Source: Klebsormidium nitens (lineage: Eukaryota > Plantae > Klebsormidiophyceae). From it: a DNA stretch of 64,000 bases. Made by a program: the position numbers and the translations under genes. The stretch spans positions 1-64,000 of the forward strand of contig DF237281.1 of the NCBI GenBank assembly GCA_000708835.1, written 5' to 3'. Position 1 is the first letter of the stretch; every line of letters begins with the position of its first letter. A model generated the notes under the pieces. The model worked only from the letters and a program-made list of their open reading frames with translations. It did no database searches and was not told the origin of the DNA. Positions 34,918-47,806 of this stretch are shown here, piece by piece.

Positions 34918-35217
34918 TGAAGCTGGCGCATGCGCGCGCATACTCGTCAGCTTGAAAAATGCAATGCAACAATGGCGCACGTACATGCAACAGTTTTCCT
35001 TCGCGCCACAACTTTGACGGAGCCCCCTGATGTTGCTTTGAGCTGCAAGTTTGACACCAGCTCGGACATCCGCGAGCCTTTCCACAGAGCAATTTGATAG
35101 CCAAAACTTAACAAAGCCGGGCAATAAGCCAGTAGGAGCCGCTTGCATCCTACGTCGTGTTTGCAGTAACCTAAAGTCGCGCAAGCCAATGGACATTTGA
35201 GAGATAGAGCTAACTCC

Positions 35218-38200
35218 ATGATGGAGCAGGTCGTTTGCTTGGACACAACCGCACTGGTGGCGGTGCCGGTGTTCCCCAACTCCGTGCGGTGGTCCGAAGA
35301 GAATCTGCTGGCAGCTGCGGCGGGGCATCTGGTGACCATTTTGGTAAGTCAGCATTTCCCCTGCGTCCATGTTGTGGTGCAACACATATTTGTTCTCAGA
35401 AGGTGTTGCACCGCTTGTTCATCATCTGTTCAGGCTCGTAATTGCCCCCTCGTTGCCAGGACTGAATTGTATATACTACTCCATGGATTGCCTCCGCTCT
35501 GAGGCCCTGTATTCCCCACATTACAGTTTCGAGCCCCGCAAGTCTGATAGTATCATGTTGAAATGTTGGTGTGGTGCAAACTCTGTCCCAAATGTAGTTA
35601 TGCCCCTGTTCAAAATTTAAACAGAGCTCCGTGGCATCATCTATTGCGGCACCTTTCATTTCAGTACGTTGCATCAAGAAGCGCATTTCCACCACCGGCT
35701 TTGCATGTGGCAGGATCCGTCGTCATTGTCTGGCCCCCGGGGTTACATCACCCTTCCGCAGGGCCCAAAGCAGGACATTGGGGAGATCTCGGATGAAGGT
35801 ACACCGCCGCGAACTTACCATCTCAGCAGGCACTCAGTGAGAATCTTAAGACTGTGCGCATAGCAAGTTTGTGACTACATCATCAATGAGATCTCTGAGA
35901 AATGAGCTGTGGCAGGTCATTCTTATAAGATCCTCTGACAGCCAGTCTCACAGAGAGCCGACAAGCAGCTTCTAAGTTGCGGGTGTCCTTCTGAATGAAA
36001 TTGGGTCCAGAGCCCTGTCGTGGTTGTTTTCCAACACTTTCCCCTCCTACCCAGACTCGACGAAACCGTCCGTGTTCCCCCTCAAACTGCGCAAGGAGAC
36101 GCAGACGCACATCCGTAGCATAGACTGGTCGCCCCAGGGCTTTGCACCTGACGCTGGGTATGCTTCTGAGCTCCCTGATCACTCCTTTCATTGTGCTAGC
36201 TGCAGGTCGTATTGTTGTTGAGTATGTTCTGATTTGCATCCAAAGTGATAGACATGGTATGTTGCTCAGAGCTACTCTTCTGTCCACTTCAGACTTCCAG
36301 TGAAAACGGGAGGTCAGTGAGATATAGTAGAACAAATCGGTGATTGCTGATTTGAATGAATTGCGCCCACGAAAGTCACAGTCTCGTTGGCGCCTAGCGA
36401 CGAGCAGCATCGCTGAAGTAGGTGATTCCTTGCAGATCGTTTGCTTCTGCACTCGATTTATGCGTGTGTCATACTCTGCAGGTGTCTCCTTGCTGTGTGC
36501 ACTTCAGCCCATGACGTCAGGATCTTCCGCAGGCCAATATCTGAGCTAACGTCCGAATGGATAGAGGTCGGTGCCCCTGCCTGATTGCAAGAACATAAAG
36601 GTCGATCCCCAGATGCGGCGATCTCCAATCAAACAGCAACGATCCTTCTGAAGATATGTATCCGGAGTTCTTTGCTTGATTCACAATGATGATTGTATCC
36701 TGATTGCCTTTGACATGGTTTGTATCTTATTGGCATTCTAACTGGTCGTTCTCTTAAGATGATCTAGACAGAAAACTCAAGAAGTGAAACTGAAGATGAT
36801 GGCTGCGGTCCCGCTTCTTGCCTGAGCCTTGTTCTGATGTGCAGGTAGCAAACATCTCCGCTCTTTACCATGGGCACTGCACGGCCACAGGCTTTGCGGA
36901 TGCGGCTAAAAAAGCCCTCCAGTATGCTAAGGTGTGTGCGCACTGCATGGACTTCACGACCGTCTGTACCCGGCGAATCTTTCTCCTTGGCTGACCCTTG
37001 TTTGGCTGGACCGAACCTTCGCAAGGCAGGAATCCGATGTCAACGGCCTTTTAAAGGATCATAGGACGGATCGGAGCCGCAGGTGTGAAGTTGGTGAAGT
37101 GAAGTCGCTCATATTGAGCTCTCCGTTTGCCCTTAGCCAAAGGAGCCTACTGATCGTATGGCAGGGGCATGTACCTTCACTTTCAAGATCTACTCTTCCG
37201 AACAACTCATCAGCTCCCTCTAGTTGTGCCCTTGTCCACCTTTCAGCAGTATTCGATCATTTTCAAGCCACAAACAAGGCTATTTCAGCCATTTTCGTAC
37301 GCCTGCCCCAGATAAAGCTCGTTTGCCAAGTACGACAGGGTCAATCATAGCGACGTTCGATCGTTCTTCCTCTGCAGGAGGACACCGTGTCCGTCCCTGA
37401 AGCCACGTGGCAATTCCGCAGGGGCTGGCAGACCAAGCCGATGAATCAGCACAGGAAGCCCAAACCCAAAATTGAGCGCGCCCCGAAAGTGAAAAAGGAA
37501 AAAGCTGCGCCAAAAGCAAAGCAGCTGCCTATCACGAAAGGTGCGGTCGTTGACAAGACAAAGGGGGAAAACGCAGCGCTTGCGAGTGAGGAAAGTGAGG
37601 GTGCAAATCTGACAGTGGAGAAGACGGCTGGCGAGGCTGATGCTCGGAATCAGGGGGCCGGAGAAGGATCTGGCGGAGCACCTTCAACGACGGGTGTGGT
37701 GAAGGGAGACGAACTCCAGCAGGCAAACATGGAGACGGAGGTTGTGGGAAAAGGAGAGGAGCCACGGATTGCAGGGACGACGGCTGACGAGCCTGAGTCT
37801 CTCCTCAAGGGCGGGGCCACGCCGCCGAGAAATGTCCTAGGATTGGAGGCGATGGGGGAGCTGCATCGAGACGGCGATGGGAGTAGCGCGAGGGAAGAGG
37901 TAGGAAGGAGAGAGGGCCTGATACTGGACGAAGCGCATGCATCGGACGGTCCCATCGATGCGTTGGAGGGGCAGAAAACGGAGAAGCTGAGGTCGCAGGG
38001 AGGGACAGGGGCGCCGGGGTCGGGCGATCGTGAGACGGAGGATCTGCTTTTCGGGGAGAAGTTTCTGGACGGGGTCAGGTTGACGGACATGTTGATGGGG
38101 GCGGAGACAGGCAAAACGGGGGGGCTGGGGGAACTAGAAGGGGGTGCAAAGGGTCGCGAGGCCGATGGGCCTGGGGAGTCGATGGAAAAGCCGTCAGCCA

Positions 38201-41200
38201 GCGCAAAGGAGGAGGCGAATGCGCTGAAGAAGGCGGGAAAAGCAAGGCGCGCAGAGCAAAGTGGGAACGAGCGCGCCGCCGGACTGGTGGAGTCGAATGA
38301 TGAGCCTGACAAGACTCGCGGGAGGAGGGGCAGGAAGCGCACGAGGGAAATGGAATCCACAGGCGATGCCAGTCCCCGGGCGACGAGACGAAGGTCGACA
38401 AGGCAGAAGGTGGAAGGGGTGAAAGAGCGGAGCCAAGGGGAGAACAGCGGTGATGAGTCACGGGGGGTGGACGCTACAGTGGTCGCCGCAGTTGACAAGA
38501 GGGGGGGAAGAAAGAAGCAGGGAGGGCGTCCCACTGAGCAAGAAGGAGCGGCGGACTCAGAAAGGGCTCAGGGGTCTGCGGTTTGGGGTAAACCCGAGGG
38601 GGCGCCAACTGTGGAACGAGAGCCGGTGTTAGGAGAGGCTGGCAGTTCGGAGAAAGGTGGCAGGTCGGAGAAAGGGGGGGTAACCAAAGAAGCGGATCGG
38701 GGAGGGGATAAGGATGCTGTGGAAGCAGGGGGCGGCGGAGCGCCCCTTCGAGAACCGCTGGATGCAGGGACCGCAGAAGATCGGGGAAGAAGCGGTACGA
38801 GCGCAGACACGGCACTTGAAACCCTTTCGAAAACGGGTCAGGACGCCGGTGGTCCGGGGGGATCCCCCGACCAGCTGCCCGACGTGGCGAACACCTCATC
38901 TGAGCCTTCTCCCCCTACCTGGCAACTGGGATCAGTATCGGGCCCCGTTTTATCAACGGACGCGGTGGGAGTTGGCACCCGAGTGGAGGTTTTGCAAACC
39001 GAGGAAGGGTTAGCGGGGGCGTGGTTTGCGGGGATGGTGGTGAGCCTGGGCGCACGCAAGAAAGCGCAAGTCGAGTACGATGAGCTGCTGGAGAATGAGG
39101 AGACCGGGGAGAAGCTCCGGGAATGGATTCCGCTGCAGCCGGTAGCTACGGTCGGAGTCGGGGGGCTGGCAGCGAAGGTAAGGCTAAATATGACGGGGCT
39201 GGACTCGGGCCCAAGTTTTGAACGGGTTTTGCTTGTCTGGCAGCTCGTTGGAGTCCGTGCGATTCTGGCTCCGAGGAAGTGCACCGCAAATGTAGGGAGG
39301 CTGGCAGGGTGTGGTGCTATTTGGATGATTGAGGAAAACGTGGGGTCTGAAGTATTGAAGGTCTATCTTGGCGGTGGGGCAGGCTGGCAAGGGCAGTTTT
39401 CAGTTGCGAGTACATGGATTGTTATGGTTGTGGTCAATCTTGTTGACTTGGACGGCTGCGTCAGTGAATGCTCGTGGGATGTGTGGTCCATAGCTTTTGC
39501 ACGTCTTCAGATGACTTACTCAAGATTGCAAGTATTGCACTCTGGTCTCACCGAGCACTAGCCTGCGATACACTGAATAGGTGCTGAAAGCAAAGGGCAA
39601 ATGGAGACGTGTTCAGGTGGCTGTTAAAGAGTCGAACTTTAAGACAAGGACTCCTGTTTCGGCATCTGATATGATGGGATTCTTGCAGGCTGCTGGGAAG
39701 CGGAAGGGAGGCAAGCGGGTGAAGGTCACCCAACGCCGAAAGAAGAAGGACGACACCGCAGAGACAGCCCCAGCGGAGCAGACTGGCACATCTAAATCGC
39801 AAACTCGACCGAGGATCCGGCCAGAGACCTCACGGGTTGATAAGGCCGGTCAGGCTTACGCCGCAGGCGATTACGTGGAGGTCTTTATCGATGACGCGTG
39901 GTGGGAGGGGTTAGTGGTTGGTTGCAAGCCCGGGGGGCCGGCGAGCGTGTATTTTCCGGGTGACGGAAACGTGCAGATTTTCGAGCTGGGGAGGCTGCGG
40001 TTAGCGTGGGGGTTTAGGGGTTTGGGGCGCGGCTGGGCGCCCCTCGCGTCGACGGTTTCGGAGGAGGCCACCAAACCCGCGGCCCGAAGGAGGGTTACGA
40101 AGAAGGTTAAGGAGGAACTTCTGGAGGACGCCCCCGCAGAGCCCAGGAAGAAAGGGGTTAAGGTCGGCGGAAAGAAGGTTAGGCAGCGGAAGAAAGCTGC
40201 CGCCGCCGAGCCGCTCACGACCGGGGGACTGAAGCTTCCGAAAGTGGAGAACGAAGAGGAGTACGGGTTTGCGGCGTTGGGGCGGGAGGAGAAGGCAGCG
40301 CTGGTGCGCGAACACGAGAGACTGGCCGGAGTACTGTGCGAGAGGTTTAGGGTTTTGCGAGAGGGGGCGCCGGCGGAGGCGCTGCCGGAGTATCAGGAGG
40401 GGGAGCACCTCAAGGGCAGGGACAAGGAGATCTTGGAGCAGGTGGGCACGCCACGTATCGCTGACAGGAGAACGGAGGGGTCTGCTTGTTTTGAATGAAC
40501 GTTGCATGATTGCCTGCTGTCCCCTTCTGTGTTTACGGTGGTTCGTTCTTTACTTCAACCGGTATTTTCAAAAGTGGGGCTTTTCGATTCTCAGACAATT
40601 GAACTTCCTTGAAGAAATTGTAGTGACCGATCAGAAAGACGAACTCTACTACGCTTGCGTCGGCCGTGTTACATCATTACATATGATACGACCTTCCATC
40701 GGCCTTACTCCTGGATGATTCGATATGAAGCCGTTAGACAAACCCTCAAATCAACCTACAGGCAAAGTCGCTTCCAGTCTACGACCCGTCTTTACTTTCT
40801 GATAGGACTTGTTTTGCTGTGCTGTAAACGAAGTTTCGTCCTCTTTCCCAGGCGCTCGCTGAGATGGTGGCGCAGGAGGGCGACCAGCTTAACGCCGCCA
40901 GGCTGACCGTGAAGGAGCTGGTGAAGCTTGGTCGCCAGCACATCCGCCGTAAAGTGGTCATCACCAGGAAGCCGAAGCCTGAGGTGAAGCAAGAACCGAT
41001 GGTTAACGAAGGGACCGCGCTAGGACCAAGAAAGAGGAAGCGGATCAACTATGCAACGCTTGGGGGCGACGACGATCTGTGAGCAGAGCTATGTTCGTTA
41101 ACTTTTCTTGCTGCTGCAATCCAGCTTGCTCAAGTGGGAAGGTTTGCGAGTCTCCGCGTTTTCAACGGATGCCTGCGATCAGGAGAGAGGTTGACTTTTC

Positions 41201-44200
41201 TTGAAATCACTACGTGTAGTGTACACAACAGACTGACTTTTCAGGGAGTAAGGTGTGAAATGCTCAGTCAAGAGTAGTCTAAAGAACCAAGAGATGCTCG
41301 TATCAAGATTCGATCAGCTCCTGCTGATTATGCGCGTTTGTTCAGGGTTTTCTGTTGCGCTGATATTAGCGCTCTATTTATACCCTTAGCTCGTTTTGAT
41401 CGAGCAAGTTTACTTCGATCGCGTCAAAACAATCCCAACAAGTGCGAGTAAAACATGGAAAGCTTGGCTCTCAAGAACGATGGCCGGCTGATGTGCAGCA
41501 TTTTACTGATGAGGAATGGCCATTCTGACGGCCTGAATGGGGTTCCCTCGAAGCAAGAAAATCTGCGTGAGCATAATCCACACGACCGTGAACCAGATAA
41601 TTGACGTATGCACCTGAAAAATCTCATTTAGTGAAAGTTTTCCTAACAGAGCTTGACTCATACCTTATGTCTGATGCAGGGAAGACGAGCCGAAGGCGGA
41701 GTCCTCAAGGAAAGGGAAACGAAAGAAGCTAGCGCCAGTTGACGAGGACGAGGAGTTCCAAGCACGGTCCAAGCCCGAATCGGACAGCGACTCTGACATC
41801 ATCCTTGCGACAAAGACAGCGCAGAAGAAGGGGGGCAAGCGAAGGTCAGAGGCTGCTATCGCGAGGAACCGCGAGCAATCGAGGCAAAGGTACCAGAAGA
41901 AGCGCGAGGGAAGTAAAGGGGAATCGAAGCGTCTCGCCAAAGCCAAGACCGAGCACGCCCCTGGAAGCGAAGTAATCCCGGCAGCAACATTCGCCGCACG
42001 GAGCGACCTCTTGGCGGCACTGACAGTGGCATGGTCGCCCAAGTGTCATGGCGGGAGAACGCCAGGTGGCGCGTTTACAGTCCTTGCCGTTGGGTCTATG
42101 TCGGGACACGTGGCGCTCTGGAAAGTGGCCCAGCCGCTGGAGTATGGCGCGAGCAACGCGGCTGCGCCAAGTGTCGCATCTCTGGGCACTTTGCTGCCGC
42201 ACGACTCGTGGGTCTCAGCGCTTGGGTGGGCGTACCGGCAAGGCCCTGTTGGGATGGGCGAAGGCGCTCTGGAAAGTGAGGAAAGTGAGCAGGGGTTGGA
42301 TTCACAGGGCCTTCTGATACTTGGCACCGGCAGCTCGGATGGCAGCGTGCGGCTGTGGTCCGTAGCGATGTACGAGTCAGCCAGCGGGGGCGCGCCACCT
42401 GTCATCCAGCCGGCAGGCCAGGTGTGCGCGCCCAGCGGGGAGGTCGTCAGCAGCCTCAGCCTGCGCGTCGATGCTGACGTCATCAGAGTGGCGGCCGCGC
42501 GGGGGGCAGGGGAGCTTCTGATCTGGCAGGGCCCTGTCCCGACCAGGGGTAGCGTTTCCCAGGGTGGCCTGACGCCGAAAGTGACGTCAGCAAGGCCTTC
42601 TGGGCAGCCCCTGATGGGGCTCGGCTGGGCTGCAGGCGGGGAGGAGGTATGCACATGCAGCCAGGAGGGCGGCCTGCAGCGGTGGCAGCTCGACGGTGTG
42701 AATTCCCTCCTCCCGGTCACTCTGGAGCTGGCGGCCGGCGACCGGCAGTTCGGATTGTCGGTTCCCACCCCCGGACTCATGCGTGGTTACACCGGCCTGG
42801 CTCTGTCTCCGAACGGGCTAGCAATTGCCGGCGTGCGAACGCTTGCGCTCGGGGCGCTTGACACCATGTATCAAACCAAGGCCATGCGGGGAGCCTTGCA
42901 GCTGTCGTTATGTGGACGGGGTGGTATCAAACCCGGGCTCGGGAAGCGGCCTCGGGGGAAGCTGAGCGCGACCGCGGAGGCGGCGATCCAGGCGCTTGCG
43001 GCTGGCCGGGAAAAGCCCCTGGAGAAAAGAGACTGGCTCGACGAGTTTCTGACACCTGCTGACAGTACGGACCAGCCTGGGGAGTCCAGCAAAGCGAAGG
43101 GGAAAGAAGGCGAAGAAGACGAAGCGCTTGGGAGGGGGAAAGCGGTCGGGGAAGACTCCCAGGCGGAGGATGAACGGAGGCGGAGCGCTGCGGAGAAGCT
43201 GACGAGCGAGGTGGTTCGGTCGGTGGAAAGGATCCTGAGGTCGGGGGGGCCGGTGGTGCTGTGGGACGTTATGGCTGCTTTGAAAGAGGTTGGCGTCGAT
43301 GCGCTGCGGCAAGTGCTAGCCGTTGTGAGAAAAGCAGCCCGGGGGAAAGAACCGGGGCGCGGAACGAGCTCGAGCGGAGGGCTGCAAAGTGCTCGGGAGG
43401 CGGGGACCGGTTTGAGGAAGGACGCGGGGAGTGCTCGGCAGAGGGAGACGGAGAATGGAGCAGTTGAGACCCGGGAACCGGAACCGGAGCTTCAGAAAAA
43501 GGACCTGCGGCACGGTGAAAACCTAGCTGGTGCAGAGGATGGACTGTCACAGAATCAAGAAGGGGAAGCTGCCATACGGTTGCAGGATGAGAATGCGGCG
43601 TCGGTTGTGGGGAACGGTGTCGAGGGGTTCAGTCTAGAAGCCGAAGGGACGGCGAGACGGGCCTTGCAGGTGTTAAACGTGCTCCTGCTGAAGCTGGGTG
43701 CTACCCTTGATTCGAAGCACGGCGACGAAGACAGGGCCCTCCGACCGGAGCCTTCGGGCGGAGCCGGTACCGCAAACCATGTTGAACCGAGCACTACCCG
43801 AGGCGACACTCAAAGCGTGGGTTTGCTTCATCAGGAACTTAACCGCCAACTGGCAGCAAATCACCCGGGAGGAAATGCCTGGCAGGCAGAGCTACGGCAA
43901 ACGGAAACGGAATTGCGAATGCGGCTTGCGGAGTCGCTGCTGGCGCGCTTGAAAGAGAGCTCGGGCCCTGTAACGGGGACGACGGTCACTTCGGCGTTCC
44001 TGTGGGCGGACTGGGCGCGGGCCAAGGGGGCACCAGCGGGGCCCCGGCTGCAGAAGCTGGCCGATGACTTTTACATCGTATGCGGAATTAGGTGAGTTGA
44101 GAGGGGGATTCATTGTTTTGCTGACGAGTCTCGGGTCTCCTTTATGGTGAGTCTCTTCGCTTGGTTAAGTGTACAAGGTGCGGCGTTGATTGCGAAAGGG

Positions 44201-44705
44201 TAGGTCTACTCTAATGATAAGTGACGGCTTAAAGCTTTCTGTATTCCAAGATGGTAAGTGCGCCCTGCTTTTGGGAGTGCACACAGACCGTTTTGGGGCG
44301 GTGCTATTGCGACCTTCTACAGCACGGCACGTGTTCAGAGCTCTGATTGCATTTTGCACTTCGATGGACAGGCTCCCCTCTCTCGAAGAAGCCTCCGTTG
44401 CCCGGGAGGTCTGTCCCTTCTGCTCGTCCCCGGTCCTTCTCGACTCCCCCGACACCGCGCGCTGCTCCCAGGCTGGTGTACCGGGCACAAGCACCAGACC
44501 TGGTGTCAAGGGCCATAAGTTTAAGCGCTGCATGGTCACGATGCTCATCCAATCCTCGCTTGCCAGCTGGCAGTGCTCTTGCTGCCGCAGGATCCGCACG
44601 GACGCCCCGTTCGATTCTGGGCGGCAGCCCTTGTGCGGCTTTTGCGGGGTGCTAATGCACCGACCCCTGCCAGAGCCGTTCCTCCGGCCGGCCCTCTGCG
44701 GATGA
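35218..44705 (+). CDS. GTF3C4: TFIIIC-delta (GTF3C4/TFIIIC90)-like WD40 protein with two central Agenet/Tudor domains and a C-terminal zf-TFIIIC zinc finger
   Basis: N-terminus PVFPNSVRWSEENLLAAAAGHLVTIL and IRSIDWSPQGFAPDAG. Agenet repeats VGVGTRVEVLQTEEGLAGAWFAG (~38960) and YAAGDYVEVFIDDAWWEG (~39857). WD40 blocks VAWSP, LAVGSMSGHVALW, HDSWVSALGW, GTGSSDGSVRLW. C-terminal CPFC..C..HKFKRC..CSCC..CGFCG. Splicing around 40983-41680 is ambiguous. Confidence 0.8.
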
Positions 44706-46026
44706 ATCTTTCCAAAGGAAAACCTCTTGCCTGTTGGTAAAGTTCAGGCGCTGGGCGTTGAGTTGTAGATGCAGCAGCCTGCTAGGACAGTCCACAAGTT
44801 GTTATCTTTTGCGGTTCAGTCAAAACGAACCCCGTACGAAATTCCTGAACGACTCGAAGGTGTCCATAGAAGGCATTGATGTCGCATCCTTTGCATCCCG
44901 CAAACTCGAAGCAACAGAAGGATTTTACATGTGTGCCTACATGCATGCCAGCTTCACGTATGACTTGGGATGTGTACTTCCACGGTATGAGCCAGGCATC
45001 TAAGGTTTCAGAGCACGTAGGTTCCCCGACCATGTGAAATTGCAAGTGAACCGATTATTGAACTCAAGTCATGCAGCGCCTAATCAGGAACGTAGTTAGT
45101 GCGCGCCGTATGAGTGTTACATAAGGGCCATGTCATGATCATTCATTTTGGGCGCGAGACTCATGTTACATCCGAATGCAGACACAATATTTACTTTCGA
45201 GTTTGCAACCCATACGTATTGATTGGTGATGCATATATATACGATCGAGCATGCACGACCGCTGCATATGATCGAGTATGTACAAGAGCTGTTGCACTAG
45301 CTCAGTGGGCGGCAGGAACATAAGCTTGATCTGAGTACATCGAATCGAATGCAACCGTCCAGGTTACCGACGCGGACTCGTGGTCGATTGAGCTCGGATG
45401 ATGGGCCACGCTGACATAGATGTCGTACGCGTACTGGGGTCGGTGTCATTAAGATGCCATGTTATAGCAAGTTCTAAAAGCGACTCATGTAAGTGGCTTT
45501 TATCATGTTGAGTCTACGTTTCAAACGCTGATCTCAAGCCGATGCACCACCAAAATGTGCGCGGAAAGAATAGTTACTGAAGTGCGTGGCAATTCCCCTA
45601 ATTCAATCTTTGTGTATGTACACTTGGCTACTTCTAGACGGTCAAAATAATGTCAAATTGCGGCTCCAAACCAGGCAAAAGCACTTCGTATTTGCCGAGC
45701 AGGAACAGGTGGGCTCTATGCTTCATAGCATGGGCGTAGAAACTGCGTTGGTCGATGGTAGTCAGTATACAGGGTGGGCAAGGAACTGGCCACCTACTGA
45801 GTGGGTTACACCTCTTGCCACTATTAGAATCCTAATCAAGGCCTTCGCAAGACCAGAAAGTCTAGCTTGCTCAGACTCTATTGTACAGCCAATGCGTTTT
45901 TCGAAGGCTTCGGTGCAAATCAGATAGAATCACAGAAACCGCAACTAATCCCTTGGAAGTTCCATCCCTTGGAAGTTCCATCTATTAGTCACGCAAAAAG
46001 CTTTATGAAGGCCTGTACACGTTGGA

Positions 46027-47379
46027 CTACCTGGAGAACGCTTTGCTCCGAACGGCAAACCTCCGCGGGTCGAACGGCCGCAGGTCCACCAGACTGGACT
46101 TCCCGTCGACCATCAGCTCGGCCAGCGCCGCTCCGGTTGCCGGCGCGTTCAGGATGCCCCAACAGCTGTGCCCCGTCGCCACATACAAGCCCTCGACGCC
46201 CGGAACCTGCCCGATCAACGGAACGCCGTCCTCTGACATGGGCAGAAAGCAAGCCTGCTCTGCCGTCACTTCCGCGTCCGCCAGCTCGCTGCTCACCGTC
46301 GCTGCGACCGTTTTCAGGATGTCGGGCGCCCCTTTCCTGGGCAAGACCTGCTCCGGGTCGTCTGGGATGCTCAGCCCCTCCTCCGAAACGCCGCATACGT
46401 ACACCTCCCCCGTCGGCCGGGGGTACACTTCGGGCTCCAGTGACTGACCGCTTCTCGTCCGGTAGTTCAGGAAGAGACACGTGGCGGAGATCTTCTCGGG
46501 GTGCGGGGGCTTCAGCACGATGCTGTGCGCTTTCAGGCCCGTGATCGGACTCAGCTCCGAAATGACGCTCATTCTGCCGGACCACGGCCCCATCGCAATT
46601 ACAGCCGCGTCCGTCTCCACCAGTTCACCGTCCACAAGCACGTGCGACACCTTCCTCCCCCCGCTCGGCGCTTCCGACAGCTCAATCGCCTCGACCGCCC
46701 CAATTCGCAGCTTTGCTCCATACCGAGTTCTTGCTGCGTCAACCAGCGCCTGTGTGAAAAGCTTTGGATGCACTTGGCCAGTCGTGGGCTTTCCCCCTAT
46801 CGCCGCAGCGCCTTTTACCGGCCCGTCGACCCACGCAGGCAGCCCCGGCGCTCCCTTCGTTGCCCGCTTGATCGCCGCAGACTCTTGCACCGTCAGGCTG
46901 AGAGTGTCCACTCTTCGGTAGCCATAGTCTTGCCCTAGTTCCTGTGCTAATTGCTCGTGCAGCTTGAAGCTCGCCCGTGCCAACGGGCCGACGGGGCTCG
47001 AGTCGCACCAGTCCAGCGCCAGAAACCCGCCAGCTTTTCCGGACGAAGCACACGCGACCCCGCTCTTCTCCACAACGGTCACGTCAATTCCCTTCTTGCT
47101 GAGAAAGTAGGCGGTCGCCGCGCCGATTGCACCCGCGCCGCAGACGACAGCTGTCTTCCCCCCTGCATGCAGGGTGCCAGGTGTCGCATCATTGCTGGGA
47201 GCGGCCGCCATTGAGCGAGCGCCGAGGCTTTTATGGGAGCGAAGGTGACGCTGCTGCCAGAGCACAATTTGCCAGCGAATCTGCAATGCTGAGCTTGATA
47301 AGTGGCAGGCTGGTGTCCTGGTGCCTGGAAAGAATGGTAGACGAACGGCAGGTGGGCGCAATGCAGCTGAGCTGCTCAT
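46027..47379 (-). CDS. Intronless FAD-dependent oxidoreductase (DAO/glycine oxidase-like, TDA3 family) with N-terminal targeting peptide
   Basis: Single ORF with the Rossmann motif VVCGAGAIG, ACASSGKAGGFLALDW, QVHPKLFT, PEVYPRP and ACFLP...YVATGHSCWGILNAPATG. The first ATG (MSSSAALRPP) is at 47379. Confidence 0.93.
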   Translation of the reverse strand: MSSSAALRPPAVRLPFFPGTRTPACHLSSSALQIRWQIVLWQQRHLRSHKSLGARSMAAAPSNDATPGTLHAGGKTAVVCGAGAIGAATAYFLSKKGIDVTVVEKSGVACASSGKAGGFLALDWCDSSPVGPLARASFKLHEQLAQELGQDYGYRRVDTLSLTVQESAAIKRATKGAPGLPAWVDGPVKGAAAIGGKPTTGQVHPKLFTQALVDAARTRYGAKLRIGAVEAIELSEAPSGGRKVSHVLVDGELVETDAAVIAMGPWSGRMSVISELSPITGLKAHSIVLKPPHPEKISATCLFLNYRTRSGQSLEPEVYPRPTGEVYVCGVSEEGLSIPDDPEQVLPRKGAPDILKTVAATVSSELADAEVTAEQACFLPMSEDGVPLIGQVPGVEGLYVATGHSCWGILNAPATGAALAELMVDGKSSLVDLRPFDPRRFAVRSKAFSR

Positions 47380-47806
47380 GTTGGCGCACCGTTGACCCGG
47401 CAACTTCAACTTCAAGTTCAATTTCAAGTTGTTGGCAGCCAGATTGCGTTCGTCCCCAGTCCGATCGCCGACCAGGTTTGCTTGACCCCAGGTGTCTACT
47501 TAGCAGGCCCGAGCTGATACTTAGAGAGGGTTAAACCGCCGTTGGTAACCAAATTGGGTCAGCGAGCAGAAAGATGCTTGAAAGCTGAGAAGGTTGACAG
47601 CTGAAAGTTGCAGGCTGCAGCTCAGAATCGCACACAGACACAGCATCCGATCATGCAGGATCAGATTCAAGGGCGTCTTCGAACAGGAAAACGAGGGTTA
47701 GCTAGCCCGCCTCATCTCGCTCTGTCTGCGGCCTTTTAGTCTTTTAGAGACTGAAGTAGGCGCCTGCTTTCAACAAGAGCATTCGAATAGTGCCTAAACC
47801 AGTGCG

